Positions 36,214-48,853 of a stretch of 64,000 nt of DNA are shown one piece after another; within the stretch, counting starts at the first letter, position 1; each line of letters starts with the position of its first letter. Below the pieces are notes generated by a model that saw only the letters and a program-made list of their open reading frames with translations, did not search any database and was not told the DNA's origin. The stretch covers positions 1,267,275 to 1,331,274 of the forward strand of contig MU004234.1 of the NCBI GenBank assembly GCA_010405405.1. The letters run 5' to 3'. The DNA is from Microthyrium microscopicum. Lineage: Eukaryota. The translations under genes were made by a program, and so were the position numbers.

Positions 36214-37668
36214 TTTGAAGATATTAGGGATATAACTGTGAGTGCTGGAACAAATATTCGACTGAAAGAGCGAGGACTTGATTGTGGATTGCAAGAAGGC
36301 TCAGGTCTGTTATATGCGCAACTGTATTGCATCATCTGGTCGTATACATTGCTCCAATATAGTTGAGCTAATCCTTCCGAGCTTACAACTTACCATGCCG
36401 CCTGTAATGGTAACTATTCTTCCCATATTGGTCTCTTGCAAGCTGCCGATGCTAGGTCGGACAGACCCTGTATAGGTTCATATACCCTAGCTGGGCTGAC
36501 TATTCGCCTTGAACATTTCCCCAGTAGAGGAGCACGGGGAAAGCAACCCGGGGACCTTCGCTCTCCCAATCACCTTCAGTTCTGTAGAACATGGACGAAG
36601 TTTTCGTCATCTCTATAACTTGAAAGGAGGCCCAGCAGAAGAAGGATTCCGCACGGCCTACTTGAAAGACACATCGAGGGCTCCAATATCTGAAAGTCAT
36701 GGATCAATCCATATAATCAACTCAAATAGCCCGACTTATGTTTATCCGCCTGGATCGAAGCTACAAGCTTGACAAACAGTGTGATGAACGAAATGGCCGT
36801 GCCAAGAACATTATTGCCTATATTCTCCCTGCGGGAGAGCAAACGAGAATTTGATGGCATGGCTTATTAGAACCCAATATCTATAGAAGCTAACCGAATC
36901 CGTGGGATTTCTACAAATTCATTATTGACTACTAGTTACTCTCGTGCCTGCCAAGCCTGGTCAAAGGATTCAAAACTATAGTATTATTCCTGATCATATA
37001 TTACACATTTATAACATCCGAAAATAGCCCCCAACCAGATCTTCGGAACCCATGTAGTGCTACCAGTCGCTTTCTCTAGGAACATGGTGAAGTTAGCAAA
37101 TTCCCTAGACTACTTAGATTCAAATTGTCGGTCAACATGCCGTGTTACACTTCCGGGCTTTAAACTTTGGGCAATGTTACAATTGAACTCAATGTAGTCT
37201 ATTCATCCGCCTCGTTGCCCGTGCTGACCCGCAGTGCCCCGATCATGCGATCGATATCTGTTTTTGTACTACATGTAAGAGCGGGCTTTTGAACGGCGTA
37301 GGTTATTATTGCACTTTGTAGAGGGTCAAGCTTGTGGTGTGATCGAAATCTAGCCACTTTCTGTACCTCAAGTGCTCTGCTGATCCGCACATGCAGGCTT
37401 GATGTACAGCTGAACTTAGTGTACCTGGCCAGGCTTTCTATCTTTCTCATTTGACTTTATTTCCCTCCTTATTCTTTCTATACTGTAGCTTGGAAAATAG
37501 TACCGGTTTTTTACTCCCATCGCCCCCAATGTCCACACATTCTATCCAGAGCTAAAATCAAAAGAGCTAAGCAACTTGGATTTACACATGCCGTCGTCTA
37601 ATGTTTCTACATAATACAAGCCTCGAAAGACGTCTCATAATTCCTAATACAGCCATTCCCACGTCGAA

Positions 37669-38706
37669 ATGAAAGACGAACACTACGAAGACGCCGTCGA
37701 CGCAGAATCCCTCCTCTCTCACAGCACATCCACCGACGACCAACAAAAACGCATAAAACGCAACAAAGAAAGACGGAAACTGCCAGCATGTGCACTCTCC
37801 GCCGGTCTTCTGGCATCACATCTACTCACAGCCCTTGCGGCTGCTTGGGCAGGTAGTCACTGGTGGAGATATGCCGGCGACGTAGACGATACATGCGCCA
37901 AATGGACCACTCACGCCTGTAAGACTCTATACCCTTCTTTCTCACATGCTCTTCATCGTTGCAAGACTGACAGGATATAGCGCCGGTCACGCAAGAAGTC
38001 GCCGTCAAATACTCGAACGTTGCATATAACGGCTCTTTCTTCCACCAGACTATATACCGCGGCGACGCATCTCCTGAAGTTGACGCCGCCTGGTCAGCAC
38101 TCGGGGTGGATTATCGCGCCATGCGGATACCAGAGGAATATGCAGAAGCAGCAGGGCTCACAAAGAACCATGTTAAGATCCGTGATAAGTATGGTGGTGG
38201 ATATCCGGCAAATATGGAGGGACTGCATCATCTGCACTGCTTGAATCTGTTAAGAAAGAGTTCGTGGTATAACTTTGAGTATTATAAGAAGATGGGAGAG
38301 GGACCGTTCAAGAATGAAGAGCATGTTGTTAAGGTTCATATCAGTAAGTTGACATCTTTCCATTATCTACATCTATATCGGTCGTCTATATGATGTTCTG
38401 TCTATGTTGATTCTTTTTATATGTAAGACTTTCAGTTTGGCTAACGAGGTTGTATTTACAGCGCACTGTTTGGATATCATTCGCCAACAGCTTATGTGTA
38501 CGGCGGACACAGGCGTGCTGGGCCAGGTGTGGTGGAACACGGAGAAGCCGACGCCGTTCGTGGACTTTAACACGGAGCATCGGTGCAAGAATTTTGATGT
38601 GTTGAGGCAGTGGGCTGAGAAACACCAATTGCCGGAGGCAGATGGGCATTTGCCCAAAGATTACTTGGAGCCGCCGGCGGGAGTGGTGTATCCTGAGATC
38701 CCTTAG
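37669..38706 (+). CDS. DUF3328 / UstYa-family oxidase (285 aa)
   Basis: Exons 37669-37918, 37981-38343 and 38462-38706. N-terminal TM anchor, SPEVDAAW, HHLHCLNLLR, HITHCLDIIRQQLMC.AD and terminal HRCKNF: two HxxHC motifs. Confidence 0.92.
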
Positions 38707-38890
38707 ATATCTTGAATGCAACTTATATTGGAGTGCACTCGCTGACGACTGTGTGTATCTATGTCATGAGAACGTGATTTCGTCATGCTGTGAGATGTGA
38801 GATTCCCTCTTAAAGCTTCCTAGTAGCGCTTTCGTGATGATCTATATGATCGTTTCGATGTTGATGCATGGCTGGGCATGTTCAATCGCT

Positions 38891-40014
38891 TCATTGACTG
38901 AGGAGATGCTTGAACTTTTCAATCTATCGGGTTTGATTAGCATGCTAGATATCCAAAGAATGGCGACAGAACTCACCTTTGTCGACAAATACTTCTCAAC
39001 CTCGTCGCCCTGTACGCCCTTCTGTCCGCCAGTCTGCCACGTCAACGGTATCATCGCTACCCTCTCTTTCACCACAACCTCACGGTTTGGACCCTCCACC
39101 GCCCTAATCTTATCCGGATTATTCGTCAACAGCCGAATTCCGCGCTCCCCACCAAGCCCCAGATCAACCAACATCGCCGTCGCCAGCCCATAGCTCCTCG
39201 CATCCGCCGGATGTCTGAGCAGAAGATTCGCCTCGTATGTGTCATGGCCAAGATCTTGCAGGTTATACGCCTTCAACTTCTCACCCAGTCCAATGCCCCG
39301 TCCCTCCTGCCGAAGGTAGATAATAGCTCCGCCAGCGCTCTCATTACATGGCAAACACATCAGCCGCTGCGCCTCATCGAGTTGTTCTCCACAGTCGCAT
39401 CTTGCGCTCCATACTGTTTCGCCTGTATAACACTCGCTATGAATGCGTACCAATGGCGCCCTCTCCGCCTCAATCTGCGCTGGCGATGACGACACACCCG
39501 CCTCACGCCGTATCTGTTCCACACGACTACTCGTCCGCCCAGGATGTAGTCTTCCCACATAAGCACCTCGAATCATGCGATCTCGCTCCGTCTCGCCAGT
39601 CCTTTCAGCATCTAAGCTCGCGCTGCGGATATGTTCGCCAAAGACGATTGCCAAGTGTTCTTTCGCGTCTGCGTCATTCGTATACAAATACAAGAACATT
39701 TGTGCGCCGGTCGTGGTTGGGATACGGGCGCGGACTTGGCACCTCACATTGGGAAGTTTTGGCAGGAGATTTGGGCCGGGCGTAGAAGATGGAAGGACGG
39801 GTATGCTTTTCGCATCGCGAAGGGTTGCGGGCGTGGGTGTGTTGGTGCCGGGTGTGCTGGGCGGTGTGAAGGCTGGTGAGAGGAGGGATGGCGGTGGATC
39901 GTTAATGTTGTGGTTGGATGATAGGAAAGGGTTGCGTTCGGGAGAGTTGTGCGGTGGGAGGGCGGGTGAGTAGTGGGCGGGGAAGGGATCGTTGGTGGGT
40001 GTATCTTGAGGCAT
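38891..40014 (-). CDS. RIB1: GTP cyclohydrolase II (riboflavin biosynthesis)
   Basis: [46 protein letters not shown] and LLTNNPDK. A terminal intron after YLSTK gives [10 protein letters not shown]. Confidence 0.95.
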
Positions 40015-40683
40015 TATGGGAGGTATTTTGAGTCGCTTGGTGAATGTACTATGGTGGTGAGGTTATAGATAATGGTTATGAGAACTGTGGTGGTTGATAT
40101 GAGGATTCGGAGTGGTGCGGAATTGATGCCGTCGAAGATTTGATATCCGGGGTTGGACTCGATGTCGTGCGAGATGCGTAATGACAAAGCGGCGCACGAT
40201 GATGATAGAGGGATCAGAGTATGGATGAGTAACAGGTACACTCCACGGTGTATAATTTCCTGCTGCTGGTGTTTTTTAGACCTCGGCGAGGACAGTGGAG
40301 ATGTTGAGCGATGGTGTCGCGATTTCATGCTCGGATGTCGGTTCGCGGTCAAAAATGTGATCATCGCTACTACATACTATTTTACCCTGCCGAAATGCGG
40401 AGACCCTGAGCTTTGCTTCTTCGGCTTATCCATTGGCCTATGTGAGTGGCAAAAACATCCTTATCAGTATTATAATATGGGTCAAGGGGAATATTTGTTA
40501 AGTGAAATAAAAATAAGATATTTGGGGTATCTCAGATGTCGCTATAAAAATGCAAGCTTTAGTGAAGCCCACTGACCAATCATCAATCCATCATTGAACC
40601 ACAATTGTACATGAGAAATTCGAACTCATCAAATTCAAAGAAAATTGCAAACTCCGGCCCAATGCTTTCAGACTTTGCGTATA

Positions 40684-42227
40684 CTAGTCTATCCGCTCAT
40701 TTGGGATTCTTCCCCAAACCTCATCCGCACTGTTCTTTCCCTTTGATTCGGGCACGTAAAAGGCCACAAAGCTGGCAAAGAAAGCTGAAATACCGGCAAA
40801 GACAAAGTAGATGATTCCCTTTCCAAGCGCATTGTTGACGACTGGAAAGAACTGCGCGATGCAAAACGTTGAGACCCAATTGAAGCACAGAGCCCAGGTC
40901 TGGGTGGAGCTGACTGCCTCGGCGTCTACCAATTCACTAGCAAGAATGAATGGAATTGGGCCTAGACCAAGACCGAAGCTGGCAACAAATGTAACGACCG
41001 CTACTGCCGAGACAGCTGAGATGGAGTAGCGAATGCCAAAAGCCAGGAATAGAGAGCTGATGCCCATTCCTCCAATGGAGCCAATCAAGCAAGACTTGCG
41101 ACCGAGTCTGTCGACTAGAGGAGCGCATCCTGCTGTGACTGCAATGTTGAGACCAGAGACTGCCAAGTTGAGAAGTGCCGAGTTGGATTCGAGGAGATCA
41201 GCCAGGAGTGTGACACCATACATGATAATGGAGTTGATGCCTGTAAATTGTTGCGCAATCATAATCATGCATACAGCAAAGACTGCCTTGCGATGGTGAG
41301 GATGACGAAGAACATCAATCATTCCGGCATGCTCTGGCCGGCTCCTCTTAATAGAGGCGGCGGGCGAAACATCCTCTTCGTTACTGAGAAGGCCTGCGGA
41401 CTCGCCGACAGCTTCTTCATCGTCATCATCGCTCGAGTGACCCCAGCTATTGACCTCATGCTCAATATCGAATTTGGGACCTCTGATCTTTTGCAGGAGC
41501 TCTCGAGCCTTGCGTCCCTTGCCGTTGTGTGCTAGCCATTTAGGGGATTCTGCTGCAAAGAAGAGTCCAATGGCGTTGATGACTGCAATCGCACCACCAG
41601 CTGCGAGGACGACTCTCCACATTTGACCATAGCTAAGAAGATATCCCAACAATTGAGTGACGAAAATGCCGCCGTTGACCATGACTTGAGTGAAGGATCC
41701 AAAAAAGCCGCGCTCAGCAGGTGGCGAAATTTCTGAGACGTAAAGTGGCACCACCACTACCGAGGCTCCAGCACCAAAGCCAGAAATCAATCGGCCGATA
41801 GCCATAACTGCAATGCTGGGAGATAGTGCTTCAAAGACTGGGCCGATGGCAAAAAAGATGGTGGTGAACAACATGGTCCGGAGTCTGCCTTGAGAAGCTG
41901 AGATGGGTCCAGCTGCAAGAGCACCGAGAAGACCGCCCAGGGTAAAAATACTGCTGACCATACCGAGTTGAGCTGGTGTCATAGGTATACATTGTGGGAG
42001 AGTTGATTCCAAGTCCTGTGGTCCAAACAAGGACTTTCTTTTGCAAGTGATGACATCTCCTGGGGTGTTAAGTTCAGCCTGACTAAAGTTAGCTTCAACA
42101 CTGAGACAAGGAAAATGGGTTTAAATCGTACCAGATGGTAGCCGAATAAAAGAGGGCCTATCGTGGATATGAACAATAGGTACAAAAAGTACGGGGTAAG
42201 GTCCCGAAGCCAGGTTCGGGGATCCAT
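40684..42227 (-). CDS. MFS sugar-porter family transporter (Vps73/Ybr241c-like)
   Basis: MDPRTW...LLFGYHL|AELNTP (intron about 42131-42079), ESPKWL, QQFTGIN, DRLGRK and PESKG sugar-porter motifs. Confidence 0.9.
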
Positions 42228-43184
42228 GCTATGTGGTTCGCGGTATGATGGTTTGACTTCAACAATGTCAGTTTGAGAAACAGTTCCATAATGCTTGAAG
42301 AGGCCCATTTTGGCAGATCACAGAGGAGAGAAGTTACGGGGAAGAAATCGTGTACAAGCAAAAGTGGTGAAAAGACGTTGCAAAGGGGCTTTTATCTTAC
42401 TTTCCTATCTGCGCAATGATGGCATTGTTTTGCAACGCGTTCGCCTCAAAGATAACAGCACGACGTCATACCAATCAATATAGGCAGTATACAACAGGCA
42501 GACACGAATTAGATGGCCTAAGTCGGTGCAAAGTGGGAGATGAAGAGAGAGATGTCGTCGGAGGTCGCCGACACGATAGCAGGGGCTGGATGTTATTTGA
42601 TATTGAGGCACTAAGGCTGCCACAAGTTTCAGATCTGAGGCAACAAACCATGCGAGAATTCGCCGCTAATCCATTTGGGAACTAGAATATATCAACTTCA
42701 ATGTTGTCAACATCGGGCACTCACAGCAATGATGCATGCAGTACATGTAATAATACATTTTGATACTCATGAAGATAGCCTGATAGGTGTCATTCAGGAG
42801 AGGAAGGGACGAAGGATTGCTTTGCATAGCAACCGCCCATTGTGGAAGCGACACCCGTGCAACCCCTTGCCCCTCCAAGCCCCCTGCTTCCTAGAACAGC
42901 TTGCAGGGTCGCTTATTTTGGACATCAAGATACCCCACTAGCACTAAATTCAAGGCGGGAGCTACGGTACCTTTTACCGGTTAGCACTTTCCTTGTTCCT
43001 CAAGCTCACTCACACCTCATTTTCAACTTTCCTTGGCAAATAATTGCTACATCCCACCTCTCTGCCTCTACCACGACATCAAAATCCTTTGTTTGCCGTG
43101 AACGTATCTTCTTTGTGCGCCCCACCATCCTAACCTCAAACCCTGACAAGCTCTCATCACCTTCACTTCTCAACATTGAATATC

Positions 43185-44644
43185 ATGGCTGACACCGAGC
43201 CCGTTCCCCTCGATGTCCCTGGCCTCGCCGAGCCTGAATATGATGTCCAGGTCTCCCTCGCTGACCTACAGGCCGATCCAAACAATCCCCTATACTCGGT
43301 TCAGAAGTTTGAAGATCTTAAACTGTCAGAAGAGCTCCTCAAAGGTCTTGTAGCCATGAACTTCTACAAGCCATCAAAAATACAAGAGCGCGCCCTTCCT
43401 CTATTGATGGGCAATCCCCCTCAGAATTTGATCGGTCAATCGCAGTCCGGCACAGGCAAAACTGCTGCCTTTGTGCTCAATATTCTCTCTAGAATTAACG
43501 TCCAGGAAAATCACCCACAAGCTCTTATACTTGCTCCATCCCGTGAACTGGCGCGCCAGATCCAAGGAGTGATTTTGACTATGGGTCAATTCATGGACGG
43601 CCTGGTCGTCACTCCTGCCATCCCAGATCCTTCAAAGAGAGGTCAGCGTACCACGGGACACGTTATTGTCGGCACCCCGGGCACAGTCATCGACCTTCTA
43701 CGTCGGCGGTCGCTGGAGTCTCGCGGCCTTCGAGTACTAGTTCTTGATGAGGCTGACAGCATGTTGGACCAACAAGGCCTTGGTGATCAATGCAAGCGTG
43801 TCAAGTCGTGAGTAGTATTCTTATAATTTGAGTGAAATGTACTAACCCGGTAATTAGTATGGTCCCACCAAGCATCCAAGTCGTCCTATTTTCTGCTACA
43901 TTCCCAGAAAAGGTCATCGAGTTTGCCGAAGCCTTTGCACCCAACTCCAACAAACTTACACTCAAACACGAAGAGCTCACTGTCGAGGGGATCAAACAGT
44001 TCTTTTTCGATTGCGATTCCGAACAATCGAAATACGAGACGCTTGTCAAGTTTTATGGCCTTCTTACTGTCAACTCTTCCATTATCTTCTGCAAGGTGAG
44101 GAGTGCCCAATTTACCAAACTCTATTTGCTAACATTACTGTAGCGTCGTGATACCGCACAAGAGATTGAGAAGCGCATGCTGAGCGATGGTCACGAGGTG
44201 GCTCATCTTTCTGCTGCTCTGGAAGGATCTGATCGTGATACTGTCATTGATCGATTCCGTCAGGGTGGTGCCAAAGTTCTCATCACCACCAACGTGTTGG
44301 CTCGAGGTATCGATGTTTCCTCGGTCACTATGGTCGTCAATTACGATATTCCGGAACTAGGAAATGGTCACGCGGATCCGGAGACATACCTTCATCGTAT
44401 CGGCCGTACTGGACGTTTCGGTCGTGTAGGCGTTGCCGTCACTTTCATCAGTAACAAGAAACAGTGGGAGCAACTTAGTGAGATTACTGCCCATTTCAAT
44501 ACTGAAATAAAGAACCTCAACAAGGACGACTGGGACGACGTGGAAAAGACGGTTCACGAAGCCATCAAACTGGCCAAACAGGAACAAGCCAAGGCCATTA
44601 CATCCAGAGCCGCTGCTCAACAAGCTGAACCATCTACCTCGTGA
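43185..44644 (+). CDS. DBP5: DEAD-box RNA helicase Dbp5 (mRNA export); may extend to 44888 by splicing
   Basis: [49 protein letters not shown] and [11 protein letters not shown]. Introns at about 43808-43857 and 44096-44142. Confidence 0.95.
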
Positions 44645-45923
44645 GAAAACATACGGACTGGGATTTGCGAAGACAAGTTGTTAACTTTTGCTTTCTAATA
44701 GGATCTCGGGCCTACGTGATGGTGGCTACAGCACAAAATGGGACCGCGATATCGATGGCTCTGCTCAACCGTTTCCTGAATCGCAGAACGGCATGGGTTT
44801 AGGGGGCTTCGGCAACCATCATGAGCCTCGATATGGATTCGGATACCAGGGCGCGAATGCACAACAACCACCCCCTGTTGGTGCTTAGGGAGCTCCAATG
44901 CAGGGTGGCTTCGACCGTGCTCCGCCGCTCTCTGTCCAAGATCACGCCTGGTGAGGAAGTGCAGGAAGAGTTTGAGAGTGTCACTCTAATGTTGATATGA
45001 CTGGCCTTGTCTGCATGCTGAGTTGATTAAAAGTTCGGGTACTGGAATGCATAGATGGCGTTTCAATGATTGTCTGGGCTGCTTCAGTGTTCAGGATTCC
45101 CAAAGATGTAGGATTGGAGCCATTGTATTCTGAAAATCGGCTGTATTCCCCCTTAGCTTAAAAGCATAGCCAAACGGATTTGGCGTAATCAAAACTCGAC
45201 TTCCAACACAACTGACTTCCATCGATGGTGATGGCACCCACCACCTCCTCTGGTTATTAACCGCACGATACGACTTTTCCCATCTTAATTGTGAACAACA
45301 TCCAAGTCTGCAAGGCTGCCGTAGCAGATAGACCTTGCGATTTGGTAACATGGCCAATAAAGACCATCGTACTTCATGCATGTGGATAAAGCCATCAAGA
45401 TCCCGTTGCCTGATACCATAAATCACAAGTTCGAAACACGCCAGGCAACGAACCATTCTATGGCCAAGGCTCGATTAACAAAGCAGATGTCTATCGAGTA
45501 AGCACGGCCATTTCCATCAGCGACTGCGAAGAAAAAATGCACGCCAGTCACTTATCCCACACGGCACGAATATGACGTCGCTGGACATATTTTCACCAGC
45601 AGCCGCGTCCTGAGGCCTAGTTTACCGGGCTGGCAAAAGATCGATAAAAGATTAGTTTGTCTATCGGAGCACGCCGGCGATATCTTTGAAATTTAGATAA
45701 ATAAACTTAGTGAAGTGAATGGGGAAGCGATCGTCGCTGTTGAAGTTTTGCTGGTGGGCAACTCCGGTGTGTAGAGATCTCTACAGATTTGTCGATCTGG
45801 AAGGCGCATGAAATGCTTAGCGGCATAAAATACAAAAGAGACATCGGGCATAAGAATATAGAGAATAAATAAAGCTGGAGTAAGTAGAAATCTTTTCTTT
45901 TGTTGTCTACTCCTTTAAACGGC

Positions 45924-46578
45924 CTATTCTACCCTTTTGATCAACCCAGTATGTGTATCCATGTACAATCCAACGGCAGTATCAATCAGCTCCTTCCTCA
46001 AATAAGTCTGCTTCTTCAACAGCGCTAGATCGTCTCGCACACTCTGCTCCCCATTGTGCACTTTATACTTGATCACATCGTCCCTGATTTTGACATTCTC
46101 GCTATCGTCTGGCTTCACTGACTCCCCGAATTTCTTGACAATGAGGGATTCGTCCAGATAACTTGTCCCACAGTCACTGTGCTGAAAGATAATGATCTGG
46201 GAAATGTCGAAGCGCGCATCGATTGCTAGAATATCTGGTAATGCTGTCCAGATTCGGCCACCCGGGTTGCGTAGGACGATCGATTCGATGGGTTTGATCT
46301 TTAGAACGTCTACTGGATTTGAGCGAGAGTCCATGCATGCTACTAAAATACATGTTAATGCTGTTGGAAATTCAACGAGGAACGTGTTTCGTACTGATGA
46401 CTTTGTGTGGGCCATTGGAGAAGGATCCGCCGAAAAGATGGATGAGTTTTGGAAGGGATTTGTGCGATTCGGCGACGTATTCTCTTGAACATAGTTAGTT
46501 TGGTGGTCATGAATGGGGAAATGGTACGAACTTATTGCGCTCGAGCAGTTGGTCAATCGTGGGTGGAGATTCGGCCAT
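45924..46578 (-). CDS. Beta-class carbonic anhydrase (clade D-like)
   Basis: Spliced model MAESPPTIDQLLERNK|EYVAESH...KVI|IACMDSR...RNPGGR...HSDCG with two short introns; Zn ligands CxDxR and HxxC. Confidence 0.85.
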
Positions 46579-47620
46579 GTTTGGAAATTGTATAGTCTGA
46601 AGTCGGTGCTGAGTTCCTCAAGGAAATATATATTCACAATTTTATATACAGGTATAGATTATGTCTGCCTAGAGAGACGTTGTATCAAACTATCCTCTTA
46701 ATAGTGGGTAATATGCAGGCTAAAGTGCGGAATTGTATAGTAATCAGGCCCGGGGCCAGTGATTTGCGAAAGCCAAAGGGATTGGCAGGTAGTGGACAAT
46801 TAGCGCGGCGAGTTCAATATCAAACTTGAAGTGAAGATGTTGATCTCATTGTGTAAAATACGATATGCCACGCCTTCGGTTCAGCTCAGGTATCTGTTGA
46901 GATGGGCAGCATTAGCTTCAAAAATATAAGCACGGTTGGAAACAAGCTCTTCTGATAATATCATCTTCTCACTCAAGATGCAATAGTTTCCCACATTCTT
47001 TGTCCCATAAAGCATTGATATTATTACCTTGTAATAGAAGATCTCATCGTTGGTCAGCTGGAAAGTTCCAACGTGTGATTTTATATACATACTACGACGA
47101 ATCGATCATGAACACAAATTCATAGCCAAGCAATTGCCCGATGTTCTATCAGTTCAATGTTCATGTAGAACGGTGTGTCAAAGCATTCTAGAGAATAAAC
47201 GACATTGTCGAGAGGGCGAGCGGTTCGTTATTGTTGTTGTCGCCACACTTGCGCCCACACACCATATGCAAGGTAATATCCACACAAAAAGTAGACTCAT
47301 TGCTGATACGGATCTTCCATCGGGTTCAAGAGATGGAGTTACGAAAAAGATGAGATTCCAGCAGTATGGCGTTGAGTCCGCGACGGATTTAGGATTTAGA
47401 AGCTCGCCCTCGCGGAGTGGTAAATTCCGGATATAAGGGAGTAATGATGTATAAATCAAGCGAGTTTAAGCACTAGAGACGTAAATTTTGATTCATATCT
47501 CAACACAAAACCCTTTTTCCTGCTTCCACATTCATACCTAGGAATCCACACTTTACCTCGGCCTTGCCAAGGTCAGCCTTATCCCACCCCACCCCAATCA
47601 ACCTACAAGCACATATCAGA

Positions 47621-48760
47621 ATGTCATCCAACCGCGCAATCGTCATCACCTCCATGCCAAGTAAAGGCAACCCGGCGCCATTCAGGTGGACCCTCGAAGA
47701 CCGGCCCATCCCTATAGCAGTCACCGGCTCCGCTGTGCTCGAAATACTCCATGCCCCGGTCGTACAATACGCCAAAGAACGCTACAGCGGTGGAGCCAGC
47801 TACCCCATGCCAGTACCAATCGTACCTGGTGCCAACGCCGTTGCGCGCATCCACGCTGTCGGCAACGACGCAACGGTACTTAGAGTCGGCGATTTGGTGC
47901 TACTCGACTGCACGATCCGGGCTCGTGATTCATCCGCAAACATCCTGTTGGGCTTTATGGCAGGCTCGCATCTGAGTGCGAATGTGCTGTGGGACGACGC
48001 TTGGCGGGACGGTGTCTGGGCACGCTATGCCAGGGTACCGTTGGAGAACGTACACAAGCTTGATGAGAAGCGCCTCGTGGGTGAGCTGGGGTACGAGATT
48101 GCTGATTGCACGCTCATCCAGACCTGTGCCATTGCGTACGGCGGCTTGGACGATGCGGGAGTGCGCGCGGGCGATACCGTGATTGTTGCGCCGGCGACAG
48201 GACGGTTCAGTGGAGCGACAGTCCTGACAGCGCTCGCGATGGGCGCCAACGTCGTTGCTGCTGGCCGTCGACAAGCCGCGTTGGATGAACTCGTCAAAGG
48301 GTTGAATAACAACCCAGCGGTCAAGACCGTTTTGCTGGCAGGTGATGTGGAAAGAGACTTCGAGTCTTTCCGAAACGCCGTTGGGCCAAATGGTGCTGAT
48401 GTATACGTTGATTGGTCCCCTGGAGCGGTCACCGAAACCCCAGCTTATATGACGGCAGCTTTCGGTGTGCTTCGAAGAGGTGGAACAGTAATGGTTATGG
48501 GAGGAATTGGTGGGACAGTCAATATGCCATATAAGCAGATAATGCTGGCTAACTTAGTGGTTCGTGGACGATTTATGTACGAGCGCCAGCAGCTAGAGCA
48601 GGTCATTAAGCTAGCAGAATACGGTCGGCTACCACTTGGAAAGCATTGCGGGCTGAAGACCGTGGCGAGTTTTGGCTTGGAGCAATTCGAGGAGGCCTTG
48701 GACGAAGCCAAAAGATATCCTGGATGGGCTGGTATCGTGAATATTGTGCCAAGTTTGTAA
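47621..48760 (+). CDS. MDR-superfamily (GroES-like) alcohol dehydrogenase/oxidoreductase
   Basis: Intronless 379 aa with PIVPGANAVARIHAVG, VGDLV, IAYGGL...GDTVIVAPATGRFSG and GTVMVMGG. Confidence 0.85.
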   Translation: MSSNRAIVITSMPSKGNPAPFRWTLEDRPIPIAVTGSAVLEILHAPVVQYAKERYSGGASYPMPVPIVPGANAVARIHAVGNDATVLRVGDLVLLDCTIRARDSSANILLGFMAGSHLSANVLWDDAWRDGVWARYARVPLENVHKLDEKRLVGELGYEIADCTLIQTCAIAYGGLDDAGVRAGDTVIVAPATGRFSGATVLTALAMGANVVAAGRRQAALDELVKGLNNNPAVKTVLLAGDVERDFESFRNAVGPNGADVYVDWSPGAVTETPAYMTAAFGVLRRGGTVMVMGGIGGTVNMPYKQIMLANLVVRGRFMYERQQLEQVIKLAEYGRLPLGKHCGLKTVASFGLEQFEEALDEAKRYPGWAGIVNIVPSL

Positions 48761-48853
48761 GAGCGTTTACCAAAAAGGAGGAGCATGGGAAGCCGGTTTA
48801 GTTTGGCCAAGTCGTAATTTTGTAATTGATATCGATCTTAGCTTACTTGTTTT

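Noticed and set aside
38891..42227. RIB1 and the MFS transporter as members of the RiPP cluster
   Set aside because: Both look like conserved housekeeping genes (riboflavin synthesis, vacuolar sugar porter); nothing in the sequence links them to the peptide locus.
45770..45785. Perfect 16-bp palindrome tgtagagatctctaca (also short hairpins near 59731-59773)
   Set aside because: Isolated, with no associated element; could be chance.
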